Shown here: one piece after another, positions 23,075 to 34,016 of the stretch
Layout of the letters: every line of letters begins with the position of its first letter
Numbering within the stretch: the first letter of the stretch is position 1
NCBI GenBank assembly: GCA_965198005.1
Contig: CBDAOI010000004.1
Coordinates: forward strand, 544,001 to 608,000
Source of the DNA: Spirochaetia bacterium
Lineage (GTDB): Bacteria > Spirochaetota > Spirochaetia > SZUA-6 > Bin103
Length of the DNA: 64,000 bases
Direction: 5' to 3'
Program-made: the position numbers and the translations under genes
The notes under the pieces: model-generated
The model's input: only the letters and a program-made list of their open reading frames with translations
Told to the model about the DNA's origin: nothing
Databases searched by the model: none

Positions 23075-24454
23075 TCACCCAGCCTCACCCAACAGCCCCT
23101 CACGGCGCAGCGCTTCGAGGGCACGGGTGAAGCCGGCGACGGTGTGGTCGATATCGGCGACGGTGTGGACGGCGGAGACGATGTAGCTGATGCCGCGCAT
23201 GGTGTCGACGCCCTCGTTGAGCAACGCCAGGCGCAGGCAGCGGGCCAGTTCACCGGTGCGGACGGCGCGCAGTCGTTCCCGGTTGACCGCCAGCCACGCG
23301 CGGCCGGCGCCCGGTGCGATGTTGGGCGCAGTGTGCACCAGGGAGCTGTCACGGTAGGCGAAGCCGAGCGCACCGGTGTCCGCGAACGCCTGGTTCAGGC
23401 CGTCGCACAACCGCGCCGCCGCTCGGTCGGCCTGCGCAGTCGGGGACTGTGTGGCGACGAGCTTGAGGCAGGCGATGCCGGCGGCCGCGCTCAGCGGGTT
23501 GGCATTGAAGGTGCCGGGATGCTCGACCCGGGTGCGCAGGTCGCCGCCGCGCACGCCGGGGAACGCGATCTGGTCGATGATCTCGGCGCGTCCGCCCACG
23601 GCACCGCCGGGCAGACCGCCGGCGAGAATCTTGGCCAGGGTGGTGAGGTCCGGCCGTAGCCCCAGCCGTTGTTGCGCTCCGCCGGGCGCGACCCGAAAGC
23701 CGGTGACCACCTCGTCGAAGATCAGCAGGGCGCCGTGCCGCCGGACGATCGTTCCCAGCTCGTGCAGGAATTCGGGCGCCAGCGGGATCTGGCCCATGTG
23801 GGCGCCGGTCGGCTCCACGATGACGGCGGCGAGGTCCGGGTTGGCCGCCAGCGTGTCGTTCAGCAGCTCGAGATCGTCCGGCGGGATTACGTGCACCGTG
23901 GCGCCGATCGCATCCGGAATGCTCGGCCCGGTGGTGACCGGAGGCCCGCTCGCGGTGCCGCTGGCCGCACCGGGGCTGGCGACCGCGTAGTCCTGCCAGC
24001 CGTGAAAGTGGTCGGCGAAGCGCAACACCGCCGAGCGGCCGGTGAACGCGCGCGCCAGGCGCATCGCCATCAGGGTGGCTTCGGTGCCGGAGCTGACGAA
24101 CCGGAGCCGCTCCACGGAGGGCATCAACCGTTGAACACTGTGCCCCCATTCCAGCTCCAACTCGGTATTGCCGCCCAACTGGGTGCCGCGCGCGACCTGC
24201 GCGCGTACCGCCGCCACTACCGCCGGATGAGCGTGGCCGAGCAGCAGCGCGCCGTGCCCCATCACGTAATCGACGTACTCGTGGCCGTCGACGTCGTGCT
24301 TGCGCGGGCCGTGGCCACCGGTGATGGTGATCGGGAACGGGCGCAGGTAACGGACGTCGTGGGTCACCCCGCTGGGAAACACATCGCATGCCGCGCGGTA
24401 CAGCTCGGCCGAGCGGCGGTGGGCCGCGACGTACCGGTCTTCAAGCGTCTGCAT
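23075..24454 (-). CDS. Class III aminotransferase (glutamate-1-semialdehyde aminomutase-like)
   Basis: FPSGVTHD, SSGTEATLMA, LIFDEVVTGFR, AKILAGGLP, GTFNANP. Confidence 0.85.
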   Translation of the reverse strand: MQTLEDRYVAAHRRSAELYRAACDVFPSGVTHDVRYLRPFPITITGGHGPRKHDVDGHEYVDYVMGHGALLLGHAHPAVVAAVRAQVARGTQLGGNTELELEWGHSVQRLMPSVERLRFVSSGTEATLMAMRLARAFTGRSAVLRFADHFHGWQDYAVASPGAASGTASGPPVTTGPSIPDAIGATVHVIPPDDLELLNDTLAANPDLAAVIVEPTGAHMGQIPLAPEFLHELGTIVRRHGALLIFDEVVTGFRVAPGGAQQRLGLRPDLTTLAKILAGGLPGGAVGGRAEIIDQIAFPGVRGGDLRTRVEHPGTFNANPLSAAAGIACLKLVATQSPTAQADRAAARLCDGLNQAFADTGALGFAYRDSSLVHTAPNIAPGAGRAWLAVNRERLRAVRTGELARCLRLALLNEGVDTMRGISYIVSAVHTVADIDHTVAGFTRALEALRREGLLGEAG

Positions 24455-25635
24455 CAGTTGCCACTCTCCTCCGCGGCTCCGCCGGCGGCCGCCAGCAGCG
24501 ACCGCGCTGCGGTCACCCGCTGCACGGCGGCGGCGGCGGTCGCCGCCAGCGCCGTAAGGTGTCCCATCTTGCGCCCCGCGCGCGCGTCTCGCTTGCCGTA
24601 CAGGTGGAGCTTGACGCCGGGCATGGCCAGCACCCGCGGCCACGCGGGCCGCGCCGCGCCGGGCCACAGGTCGCCCAGCAGGTTGGCCATCGCCGCCGGC
24701 GCGTGCTGCTGCGGATCACCCAGCGGCAGGCCGCACACGGCCCGCACGTGCTGCTCGAACTGGCTGGTGCGGCAGGCGTCGATGGTCAGGTGCCCGGAAT
24801 TGTGCGGCCGCGGTGCAAGCTCGTTCACCAGCAACTCCTCGCCCACCTGAAACAGCTCCACGCACAGCAGCCCGACCAGGTCCAGGGTCTCCAAGATCGC
24901 GCGCGCCAGCTCGCGCGCGCGGCGCCGCACCGCGGCCGAACAGGCGGCCGGCGCCCGCGTGAGGTCCAGAATGTGGCGGCGGTCATGGCGATTCTCGAAC
25001 GGGCCGAAGTCGGCGTACTCCCCGGCCGGGCCGCGCGCTCCGATGACCGACAATTCCCGCTCGAACGGGACCACCCGTTCCAGGATCAGCGGCGCCCCGC
25101 CGGCGGCCTGAATCGCCGCGGCCACCTCGGCGGCGTCGCGCACGCGCCGCTGCCCCTTGCCGTCGTAGCCGAACCCGGCGGTCTTGACCACGGCGGGAAA
25201 GCCGATCCCTGCCGGTGGTTCGGTACCGGGCGCGGCACCGTCCCCGACCGGCGCCCAGGCCGCCACCGGGAACCCGGCGCCGGTCAGAAACCGTTTCTCG
25301 GCGTGTCGGTTCTGCGCCGTGGCCAGGACCTGCGCCGCGGGGCGCACCACGGTCCGCTCCGCCGCAGCGTTGACCGCCGCGCTCGAAATATTCTCGAACT
25401 CGAACGTGAGCAGGTCGACGGCGCCCGCGAACGCAATGATCGCGGCAACGTCGCCGTAGCTGCCCACCACCTCGCGCTCGGCGACCTGCCCCGCGGGCGA
25501 GCCCGGGGCCGGCGAGTAGACGTGCACCCGGTAGCCGAGTGCCGCCGCGGCCAGCGCCAGCATGCGGCCGAGCTGGCCGCCGCCCAGGATGCCGAGGATG
25601 GCGCCGGGCAGGATGGCGGCGGAAGAGGCGGGCAT
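24454..25635 (-). CDS. purK: N5-carboxyaminoimidazole ribonucleotide synthase
   Basis: GILGGGQLGRML, TFEFEN, GYDGKGQ, NELAPRPHNSGH, RKMGH. Confidence 0.97.
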   Translation of the reverse strand: MPASSAAILPGAILGILGGGQLGRMLALAAAALGYRVHVYSPAPGSPAGQVAEREVVGSYGDVAAIIAFAGAVDLLTFEFENISSAAVNAAAERTVVRPAAQVLATAQNRHAEKRFLTGAGFPVAAWAPVGDGAAPGTEPPAGIGFPAVVKTAGFGYDGKGQRRVRDAAEVAAAIQAAGGAPLILERVVPFERELSVIGARGPAGEYADFGPFENRHDRRHILDLTRAPAACSAAVRRRARELARAILETLDLVGLLCVELFQVGEELLVNELAPRPHNSGHLTIDACRTSQFEQHVRAVCGLPLGDPQQHAPAAMANLLGDLWPGAARPAWPRVLAMPGVKLHLYGKRDARAGRKMGHLTALAATAAAAVQRVTAARSLLAAAGGAAEESGN

Positions 25636-25646
25636 CGGCGACCGGG

Positions 25647-26180
25647 TCAGGGGCTGTCGGCCGGCGGAAGACTGGCGCCCAGCACCGCCTCGGTCTGCCG
25701 CCTGCGGAACGCCTCCAACTCGGCGCGCAACGGTGGCCGGTGCAGGGCGGCCACGGCCACCGCCAGCAGGGCGGCGTTGACCGCGCCGGCACGCCCGATC
25801 GCCAGTGTCCCCACCGGCACGCCGGCCGGCATCTGGACGATGGACAGCAGCGAGTCGATGCCCTGCAAGGCCGCACTCCGGACCGGCACCCCCAGCACCG
25901 GCAGCGAAGTGTGCGCGGCGACCATCCCGGGCAGGTGGGCGGCCCCGCCGGCGGCCGCAATGATCACCTCGAGGCCGCGCCCGGCCGCCCCCCGCGCATA
26001 GTCCCGCATGCGGTCCGGCGTGCGATGCGCCGACACCACCTGACACTCGTACGCTACGCTGAACTGCCGCAGCGTCGCGTCCGCATGGCGCATCGTGTCC
26101 CAATCGGAGACGCTGCCCATGATCACCGCGATCACCGGCGACTCCAGCGTGTTGCTCCGGCCCCTGATGTCCTGGTTCAT
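25647..26180 (-). CDS. purE: N5-CAIR mutase
   Basis: [34 protein letters not shown]. Confidence 0.97.
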   Translation of the reverse strand: MNQDIRGRSNTLESPVIAVIMGSVSDWDTMRHADATLRQFSVAYECQVVSAHRTPDRMRDYARGAAGRGLEVIIAAAGGAAHLPGMVAAHTSLPVLGVPVRSAALQGIDSLLSIVQMPAGVPVGTLAIGRAGAVNAALLAVAVAALHRPPLRAELEAFRRRQTEAVLGASLPPADSP

Positions 26181-26325
26181 GCTCGATCAGCCACGTCGCG
26201 CGTCCGCAGTGTACCAGCGGCCGGGGTTCCGGTACTACCCCTGCCTGTAGTGACTGCCAGGATTGCAGGGTCAGCGGGCTGCGGGTCGGTGATGGGTTTA
26301 TCGAATGGTGAATACTTCGAAATCC

Positions 26326-29300
26326 TCAGTGCTCCAGAATATCCTTGAGGGTCCGGGCGGGCGGCAACTGGTCCGCGGGCGGCAGGAAGTGAGGGGGTTT
26401 GAAGAGCGGATTGCCGGGGGACCACAGCTCCACGCTTTCGGCGTTCTCTTCGTAGTAGGCGGGGTCGGTGGTCACCCGCAACGGCTCGGGCATGCCGGGG
26501 GCGAGCAGGCCGTATTCGCGGTGCCCCAGCGGCTGCACGTCGGCGCCGGGGGGCATCAGGTCGGACGAGGCGATGATCCGGTCGAGGTCGTCCATGGTGA
26601 CGGGCGACGGCGCCTGCTCCGGCATGGTGAGCTCGTCGCCCAAAACGGCGTCGATCGCGAAGCTTCCGGCTTCGGCTTCGCGGGCGCGGCGGTCGATCGT
26701 ATCGGCCAGATTGGCGCGGCTCGCGCCGTCCTGCGCGCCGTCCGGAAGCACCGCCTTGGCAATGGCTTGCGGCAACTCGGCCAAGATCGGTTGCAGGCGG
26801 CCCACTACCGTCTCGAACAGACCGATGCGGTTTCTGAGGGCGCGGTAGACATCGGTCTCGACCGTGCCCTCGTAGTGCAGGTTGACGATGCGGATAGTCG
26901 CATGGGCCTGGCCGAGGCGATCGATGCGGCCGATGCGCTGCTCGACCCGCATCGGGTTCCAGGGCATGTCGTAGTTGATCAACGCGCCGCAGAACTGAAA
27001 GTTCAGACCCTCGGCGGCCGCGTCGGTGCAGAGCAGAACGTCTGCCTCGCGGTCGCGGAAGCGGCGTTTGGCGTCGTCTCTGCCGATCGCGCGCCATGAG
27101 CCGTCCGCGGAGGGCACCTCTCCACCGCGGCCCGAGAAGCACATCAGCCGCCAGTCGCCGCCGTTGCTCAGTTCATCGCGCAGGAACTCCATGGTATCGG
27201 TGTACTGGGTAAAGACCATCGCCTGGCGGTGCCCGTCCCGGCGTAGTTGAGCGAGGACTTCCGTCAGGTGCGAGCACTTGCTGTCCGGCGGCAACAGCCG
27301 CACGCGGGTGAGCAGATGCTCGATGTCGGACCGTTCCTCCGCATCCAGGGCCTGCCGCTCACGCTCCCCAATCTCCTCGGCGTCGAGCAATTCGTCCGCC
27401 GTTTCGTCGTCGGGCGCATCTTCGTCGAGGCCGGACAGGTGCGCGCGGTCGCCGCTCTCGACCGCCTCGAGATGCCGCTCCAGGGTGGCGCACAGCGCCC
27501 GGAAACTGCTGGCAAGCCGCCGCCGATAGATCGTCATCACGAACCCGACCGCCGACCGCTCGGCGGCCGCCGCCTGATTGTAGGTGCTCGCGATGTACCC
27601 CTCGACCGCCGCGTACAGGTCTCGCTCCGCCTCCGTCATCTCGATGAAGCGGTCGTCGACCTGTCGTTGCGCGATCGGGGTCGAAAGCAATCCCGCGTCG
27701 AAGTAGCTCCGCAGGAGCGCGCGGGTATGGCGCGAGATGAGATGCCGAATCGGTGTGTGCGCGCGCATCACGTCCAGGGCGGCACGGCGTTCGGCAGTCT
27801 CCAACAGCCGGCGCGGAATCCCGGCCTCGTCGCGCAGGGCGCGAAGCACCTTGTTGGTCTTGAGCGGCGACAGCCCGGTGATGCTCGCGGTGTCCTCTTT
27901 GGCGGCGGCTCCATACTCCCGTTCGACCGCCTGAAACAGCCGCGCCATGCGGTCCAGCGCCTCCGGCGACGGGTTCGGCTGGGCGAGATCGTCGAAGAAC
28001 GTGAGAAACGCCTGCGCCGTCCACTCCGGCGGCAGCCCCAGCAGGCTCAACAGGTCCCATACTTCGACGGGATGCACCTGCATGGGCGTCGCGGTGAGCA
28101 ATACCAGGCCCTCGCTACGCTCCTTGAGCTCCCGCATCAGGCGCAGCAGCGCGTTCGGTCCGCCTTCGCTGACTGACCCCGCCGCGCGCCGGCGGGCGTG
28201 GTGGGCTTCGTCGAGCACCACCAGATCCCAGGGCTCGGCGTCCTGCAGGAGCACCTCCGCCCGGTCGCGCCGCCGCAGCAGATGGCTGGACGCGATCACG
28301 ACCGGTTCGCGGTGCCACTGCCGAGGGTCGACCTCGCGCTCATGCCGCCCGCGCAGCGCCGGCGAGGGGTACCGGATCAGCTTGCGGCCGTCGTAGATCG
28401 GCCAATTGAGATTGAACTTCTCGCGCAGCTCGATCTGCCACTGGCCGAGCACCGCCTTGGGAGCCAGGATCAGAATCCGCCGCGCCCGTCCCGCCAGCCA
28501 CGCTTGCCGCAGCAGCATTCCCGCCTGGATCGTCTTGCCGAGTCCTACCTCATCGGCGATCAGGAGTTTCGGCGGCCACTGGGCGTAGAGGCGTTCGAAC
28601 GCCCGCACCTGATGCGGCCACGGGGTCACCGCCGCCGTGGCTTCGCCGACGCGGGCGCCGCCCGGGCTCAGACCGGGCGCCTCCCTGATGAAGGTCCATG
28701 CCAGGCCCCGCCGATCGATGGCCGCCGGAGCCTCGCTTTTCGTGGTGACCGTAGCTGGATCGCTTGGAACGATGTCCCCCTCCTGCAGGCGCGCGGGCAG
28801 ATCGCCGCTGGGCATGAAGCGCATCAGGTCACGGCGCGCCGCTTCCGGGACATCGAGCACGATCACCCGCCGGGCGCGGCCGGCCCAGAGCCGCGCGAAG
28901 TTCTCCTCTTCGCGGGTCACCCGCTCCGGCTCCGCTCCCCAACTGGTGTAGACGTTGATGCTTTCCCAGTTGTGCTGCCAGCCGGCAGGGGTCTCGTTGA
29001 GGCTGCCGTTCCAGGCGATCCGGTCGCCGGTGCGGTCCTGAATGATGCCCGCCTTCTCGTGGAAGATTCCGTGGCCGGGGATCGGCGTGCGGTCGGCGGC
29101 GCATGGGACCGCCACCTTCACGGTGAGATGACCGCGGGCGATCATCCAGGCGAGCAGTTCGAGGGCGCCGGCGGCACCGGCATCGGGGGGCGCAAGCGGC
29201 ACACCGGCCAAGCGTCGTTCGACCAGATCACGCAGCCGCTCGCCTTGTTCGATTGCCGCGATCTCGGCGGGATCGAGGGTACAACCCACCACCAGCCGCA

Positions 29301-29484
29301 TGTGGCCGCCGTTGCGCACCAAGCCTTCGATGCCGCGCGCCGCCAGGGCCAGCGCGCCGGCGTTGAAATAGCCGGTCAGCCGGTCGTAGCGCTCGGCATC
29401 CTCCAGCGCCGGCACGTAGAACAGCCGGACGAGGTCACCGTCGTCGGGGGTGTATTTGAGCTTCCAGGTGCGGTCGGTGAGCAT
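26326..29484 (-). CDS. PLD-nuclease domain fused to an SNF2 helicase (DUF499 system)
   Basis: FHEKAGIIQD..GSLNET (PLD), LIADEVGLGKT, DEAH, LTATP, EGLNFQ, WNPMRVEQRIGRIDR. Confidence 0.9.
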   Translation of the reverse strand: MLTDRTWKLKYTPDDGDLVRLFYVPALEDAERYDRLTGYFNAGALALAARGIEGLVRNGGHMRLVVGCTLDPAEIAAIEQGERLRDLVERRLAGVPLAPPDAGAAGALELLAWMIARGHLTVKVAVPCAADRTPIPGHGIFHEKAGIIQDRTGDRIAWNGSLNETPAGWQHNWESINVYTSWGAEPERVTREEENFARLWAGRARRVIVLDVPEAARRDLMRFMPSGDLPARLQEGDIVPSDPATVTTKSEAPAAIDRRGLAWTFIREAPGLSPGGARVGEATAAVTPWPHQVRAFERLYAQWPPKLLIADEVGLGKTIQAGMLLRQAWLAGRARRILILAPKAVLGQWQIELREKFNLNWPIYDGRKLIRYPSPALRGRHEREVDPRQWHREPVVIASSHLLRRRDRAEVLLQDAEPWDLVVLDEAHHARRRAAGSVSEGGPNALLRLMRELKERSEGLVLLTATPMQVHPVEVWDLLSLLGLPPEWTAQAFLTFFDDLAQPNPSPEALDRMARLFQAVEREYGAAAKEDTASITGLSPLKTNKVLRALRDEAGIPRRLLETAERRAALDVMRAHTPIRHLISRHTRALLRSYFDAGLLSTPIAQRQVDDRFIEMTEAERDLYAAVEGYIASTYNQAAAAERSAVGFVMTIYRRRLASSFRALCATLERHLEAVESGDRAHLSGLDEDAPDDETADELLDAEEIGERERQALDAEERSDIEHLLTRVRLLPPDSKCSHLTEVLAQLRRDGHRQAMVFTQYTDTMEFLRDELSNGGDWRLMCFSGRGGEVPSADGSWRAIGRDDAKRRFRDREADVLLCTDAAAEGLNFQFCGALINYDMPWNPMRVEQRIGRIDRLGQAHATIRIVNLHYEGTVETDVYRALRNRIGLFETVVGRLQPILAELPQAIAKAVLPDGAQDGASRANLADTIDRRAREAEAGSFAIDAVLGDELTMPEQAPSPVTMDDLDRIIASSDLMPPGADVQPLGHREYGLLAPGMPEPLRVTTDPAYYEENAESVELWSPGNPLFKPPHFLPPADQLPPARTLKDILEH

Positions 29485-29486
29485 GC

Positions 29487-32435
29487 TCAGGCGCCGTCAT
29501 CCTGCCACAACCTGAACTGTTCGGGCTCATCGATCCGGTCGCGATACGCGAGGCGGTAGAGGTTGTAGAGCGCCTCCAAGTCGTTGCCGGCGGCCTCGGC
29601 ATCGCCGGGAAGGACGATCCCGGTGAAGGTCTGCGATATGGGGAGCACTTCCAGAACGGCCTCGAGCGCCGCGAAGAAACGCGGATCATGCTCCACGAGC
29701 GCCTCGCCGAGCATCTCTTGAGCGGCGGCAAGAGACTGCATGCGCGCCCGGTTGGCCGCATGGTGAATGGCGTCGATCATGCCCCGCGAACCATCGACCG
29801 GCCCCAGCGCCCCGGTGGCGGCGCGGTGCGCGCTGTCCCAGAGACGCAGGTCGCTGCCCTTCTTTTGCGCAAGACGCCCGACGATGTCGCGGTCCAAGTC
29901 GACACCGACCGCGCGCGCCAGTCTCAGCGCTTCGTCATAGGGGAAGACCGGCGCACCGAAAGCGTCCCACGCCAGCGCGAAGAACGCCGTGGCGGGATCG
30001 AGGTCCGCGTCGGCCTTGAGATGCGTCAACTGCTCCAGACGCCACCGTTTTACCTCACGCCGAGCCACGTCGAGGGCATCCTCCGGCGTCGCCGCGTAGG
30101 GATCCCACTCTTCCTCGTACGGCGTCAGTTGCGCCCGGCGGCGTTGCTTGGGTTTCTCGCGCGGTGTGCCGCGCCGCAATGGCCAGTGGCGGGAGAACTC
30201 CTCCAGCGCCGGCCCGAACGAAGCGAGGTAGAGATCGACGCGGGCAATTCCGGCGGCCTGGAACTCCTCGACCCGCTCCCGCACCGCGCGGGCGACCCGC
30301 GGCTCGACATCCTCCCAATAGCGGTCCTGTTCGGTCCTCGCGTCGTCGGTGCGCGGGCGGCACACCAGAAAGATGGTGCTGTTGGCGGCCGCCTTGTCCT
30401 TGATGTGCAGACTGCCCTCGGCCTCGGTGTTGATCGGCCAGGACGCGGTGATGACGAAGCCCGCTTCCATCAGGCCCTTGGTCAGCGCATCCCAGGCGCC
30501 GGTCGCCTTGTGGGTGAACATCAGCGTCATCACCCCGTCGGCTTTCAGCGTCCGGCGGCACTCGGCGAAGATGGACGCCATGCGCTCCTGGTAGTCCCGC
30601 CCCGCCAGCGCTCGCGCCCCCTTCTGCCCCCGGAACCGCGCCGGATTGGCCACGGCTTCGTTGTCCTTGTCGGTGAGGTGGCGGCGGAACAGCTCGGGAA
30701 AGACGTGCCCGGCGGTACGCTTGAGCCAGACGTAAAAGAAGTCCGACAGCTCGGCGTACATGACGTTGTCGTAATACGGCGGATCCATGACCACCACGTC
30801 GATGCTGCCGTCCGCGATATGGTCGAGGCTGTCGCCCGGCTTGCAGGTGATCGTGACGGGCGGCGGTGAACCCGTTTCCACGCCGGCGCCGGCGAACAGG
30901 GTGCCTGCATTGCCGTCCATCCCCGGGCGCACCAGCGCGACGAGTTCGTCAACGCACTTGATAGTCTTGTCGATGGCCCAGTCGTAGCCCACGCCCGATA
31001 CCAAAGGTGCCATCTCCGCGTAAGACCATACGAATGCGAAATCATGCCGGTCGAAGATGGACCGGACTCGACCGGTTGTATTGTCCCAGCGTCCAGCACG
31101 ATTGTTGTAGTTCAGCAAGGTATCGAGCGTGAGGGCCAGATACCCGTAAGCCGCCTCTCGAACGTGCCTCAGCTTCCCGGCTGACCGGTCGGCGTCCAGC
31201 AGTTCACGAAACACCTCGACACTCGTGCCGTGGCAGAGGAGTTGGCGAGGCGAGAACAGATCACGCCAGAACGGCATCCCGTATTGTATGGGGCGGTTGT
31301 CATTGCTCACTTCGGGGAACCGCTCGGTCGGCACGATGTCGAAGGCTTCCCACTCCGGCAGCTTCTCTGCAAGCCGCGCCTGGATCTCGGCGCCGTTGTC
31401 GTCCTCAGGCCGCGGCGCCCGATAGCGCCGCACCCACTTCTCGCGCGTGCGGCCGGTCTTGGTAGTGGTCAGCATGCGTTCCTTGTAGACCACCGTGAAG
31501 AGCTGCTCCCCCATGCGTCCGGCCTGCGCCTGCGCCTTGATCTCGTCGCCGTCGATCACCCGCCCGCAATCGGAATAGGGACAGGTCCCGTCACCACGCG
31601 CCACCGTACCCTCCGACTGCTCTCTCATCGTTTTGACGATCTCGAACGCGCAGACCCGACCTTCCGCCCCCGGACCCGACCCGAGATGAGGCTTGAGCCG
31701 TACCCCGGTCCCATCCGCCGCCAGCCGCCAGTTCGGCGACAGCGGCACCAGCCCGCCACAATACGGGCAGTTGACCGTGCGCGCCCAAAGATACGTCAGG
31801 TCGACCCCACTCGGCAGATCCCGCTGAACGAAGAAGGTGCATAGTCTGTCTTCGATTCGTCGGCGCAGTTCCGCCGCCAAGTCATTGAACTCGTCCTTGA
31901 CACTCCGGGGAAAGCTCCATGGCCACTCAATCGTAGCCCTCATTATTAGAGCCGCCACAGGGTTGAGATCGCTCGCCAAGCTAATAAACCCGAGCCGCGC
32001 CGCTTCGAACGGAATACTTCCCCCACCAGCGGTAGGATCGAGAACCGTCACACTCTCCAACCCATCGCCAAATGTCACTTTCAACCAGTCTGAATCACTC
32101 CGCGTCGGAGAGTATCCAAAGGCACGATCGTAGCCGTAGGGGTTGTCGATCCGGCCCCCATCTCGTCGCGCCTTATCCATCGCCGCGCGAGCCTCTACCG
32201 GATCCCCGTGGATTCCGAGAACGTGAAGAAATTCCTCCCGGTCGGCGTCAGCCGGCAACACCGACGCGAGTATCGCCGCCCGCGACGCCACCAACGGCCG
32301 CCGTGCCCACCACACGTGGAGATAGTAGATCGGAGGTAGAGCCGTCATGGAGCGCCGCTCGCGAATGCTCTCTTCTCCAAGAGCCGCGATCGGCAGCCAG
32401 CGCTCAATCAGACGTGTATCAGGCTTGTATCCCAT
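29487..32435 (-). CDS. DUF1156 amino-DNA methyltransferase with Zn ribbon
   Basis: LHVWWARRPL, LDPTAGGGSIP, CPYC..CPYSDC, MDPPYYDN. Confidence 0.9.
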   Translation of the reverse strand: MGYKPDTRLIERWLPIAALGEESIRERRSMTALPPIYYLHVWWARRPLVASRAAILASVLPADADREEFLHVLGIHGDPVEARAAMDKARRDGGRIDNPYGYDRAFGYSPTRSDSDWLKVTFGDGLESVTVLDPTAGGGSIPFEAARLGFISLASDLNPVAALIMRATIEWPWSFPRSVKDEFNDLAAELRRRIEDRLCTFFVQRDLPSGVDLTYLWARTVNCPYCGGLVPLSPNWRLAADGTGVRLKPHLGSGPGAEGRVCAFEIVKTMREQSEGTVARGDGTCPYSDCGRVIDGDEIKAQAQAGRMGEQLFTVVYKERMLTTTKTGRTREKWVRRYRAPRPEDDNGAEIQARLAEKLPEWEAFDIVPTERFPEVSNDNRPIQYGMPFWRDLFSPRQLLCHGTSVEVFRELLDADRSAGKLRHVREAAYGYLALTLDTLLNYNNRAGRWDNTTGRVRSIFDRHDFAFVWSYAEMAPLVSGVGYDWAIDKTIKCVDELVALVRPGMDGNAGTLFAGAGVETGSPPPVTITCKPGDSLDHIADGSIDVVVMDPPYYDNVMYAELSDFFYVWLKRTAGHVFPELFRRHLTDKDNEAVANPARFRGQKGARALAGRDYQERMASIFAECRRTLKADGVMTLMFTHKATGAWDALTKGLMEAGFVITASWPINTEAEGSLHIKDKAAANSTIFLVCRPRTDDARTEQDRYWEDVEPRVARAVRERVEEFQAAGIARVDLYLASFGPALEEFSRHWPLRRGTPREKPKQRRRAQLTPYEEEWDPYAATPEDALDVARREVKRWRLEQLTHLKADADLDPATAFFALAWDAFGAPVFPYDEALRLARAVGVDLDRDIVGRLAQKKGSDLRLWDSAHRAATGALGPVDGSRGMIDAIHHAANRARMQSLAAAQEMLGEALVEHDPRFFAALEAVLEVLPISQTFTGIVLPGDAEAAGNDLEALYNLYRLAYRDRIDEPEQFRLWQDDGA

Positions 32436-32486
32436 GTACGAAACAGAGACCCTCCAGGCTCACTCGGATGAGCGAATGTCAATTCG

Positions 32487-32738
32487 CTACGGCAATCGGT
32501 CATGGGAATCCGGCGGTTGGCCCCCATCTCGTCGAAGCAGGCGGCGCGCCGCCTCGATGTCACCCTTGGCGCTACGGGCGGCGAAGAACTCGGCAGTCTT
32601 CATGGCCGAGATCTTTTCAGCGACTGCCGTCGTAACGAACTGATTGATGCTCGTACCCTCTTCCTCGCTGATCTCGGCTACCGCCGCCTTCAAGGACGCC
32701 GGTAGGCGTAGCGGATAGGTGCTAATCTGTTTCTTCAT
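32487..32738 (-). CDS. Ribbon-helix-helix antitoxin
   Basis: YPLRLPASLK..EGTSINQFVTTAVAEK; overlaps the PIN gene stop. Confidence 0.8.
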   Translation of the reverse strand: MKKQISTYPLRLPASLKAAVAEISEEEGTSINQFVTTAVAEKISAMKTAEFFAARSAKGDIEAARRLLRRDGGQPPDSHDRLP

Positions 32739-33160
32739 TGTTGCGACATCCTCCTCAAGGCCTGCTGGGACGACAACACTGCAATCCCGAACCGTCCGGC
32801 GGCATCGTCGAAGTGCCGATGGTTGAAGGTCACCAGGGCATCGGCACTACCGTTGATGGCGGCCTCCAGCACCATTTCGTCAGCCGGATCGCGAAGCTGC
32901 GGACGCCATAGAAACCACGACCGTATCGGCTCCGCGACCGCGCAGAGCGCGGAGATCACCATCTCTACCTCCGCATCGCTGAGACCCGAGACGATCCGCT
33001 GCGACGGGTCTCGGCATACCGCCTCGTATTCCAGCGCCAGCGCCACGGAAAGCAGTAGCGTGAACTCGCGGGCCAGGGCTCCATCAATCAACGCAGCCGA
33101 GCCTCCGGTCGGACTGCGTAGACCGGCAACGACAACATTGGTGTCCAGCACAAAGCGCAC
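32735..33160 (-). CDS. PIN-domain toxin
   Basis: FVLDTNVVV, LALEYE, RDPADEMVLEAA, LVTFN. Confidence 0.9.
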   Translation of the reverse strand: MRFVLDTNVVVAGLRSPTGGSAALIDGALAREFTLLLSVALALEYEAVCRDPSQRIVSGLSDAEVEMVISALCAVAEPIRSWFLWRPQLRDPADEMVLEAAINGSADALVTFNHRHFDDAAGRFGIAVLSSQQALRRMSQQ

Positions 33161-33334
33161 ATCCTGAACGATATGACATCACATGAGATGATGCAACGGC
33201 CCCGGGGAACACCTGCGACGCCCTCGTTAGGCGCCGGACGCGGCCTTCCGCGGTGGACGCTCAGCCCCGGCCCGCATACCATGAGCCAAGATGCGCTCCG
33301 ACCCGGAGAGGCACGGGACACGGGGGTAACTGTC

Positions 33335-33430
33335 ATGGCACGGAGCGACCTCCTCGTTTCGTTGGTGAAGGCTGGATTGAATGGTGACGCGACACGCGCC
33401 CGCTCCGTCGCGGAAGCGATCATCGGTGCG
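33335..33430 (+). pseudogene. AAA ATPase N-terminal remnant
   Basis: MARSDLLVSLVKAGLNGD..AEAII resembles the start of AAA ATPases paired with S8 peptidases; the rest is absent. Confidence 0.45.
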
Positions 33431-33577
33431 AACGCTGCGGCAAACGCGGCATCGCCGGCGACGATCAGGGGGGACCGACATGCTGCTTCATAGACTATTG
33501 AATATGCGGGAGGAGCGTCCACGAGGCAGGAATCCGAATTCACCTATCGACTTCAAGGAGGACGCCACACCTTTACC

Positions 33578-33865
33578 GTGTGCCCACTTGATGGCGGACG
33601 TGATGTCAGCTTCGGAGATGAATGGTCCGTCGGAGACAACGGGCGTGCCGTTGGGCGCCAGATTCCCGCTACTCGGCTATCGGATGGGACCCTCCGCTAT
33701 CTTTGCCTGTTGGCCATTCTGTTGCATCCCGAGCCGCCATCCTTGGTCGCAATCGAGGAGCCGGAGCTGGGCCTTCATCCTGACGTGGTCGCACATGTTG
33801 CGCAGTTGCTTGTTGACGCCTCTGAGCGTACACAGATCGTAGTCACGACCCACTCGCGCATGTAG
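33578..33865 (+). pseudogene. AAA_21/ABC-type ATPase C-terminal remnant
   Basis: LSDGTLRYLCLL, IEEPELGLHP, IVVTTHS. Confidence 0.75.
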
Positions 33866-34016
33866 TCTCGGCGATCTCTGGGGCCGGGGCGAACTCGGCG
33901 GCAATCGCTGGTGAGCGCCGTGATCTAGAGGCATGCGCGCGACGGCTGGAACCAGCCGCCGGGAGCCCACGCAGACCAAGTCTCCGTCGTCATGTCAGTA
34001 GTGTCCGGTTCTAAGC

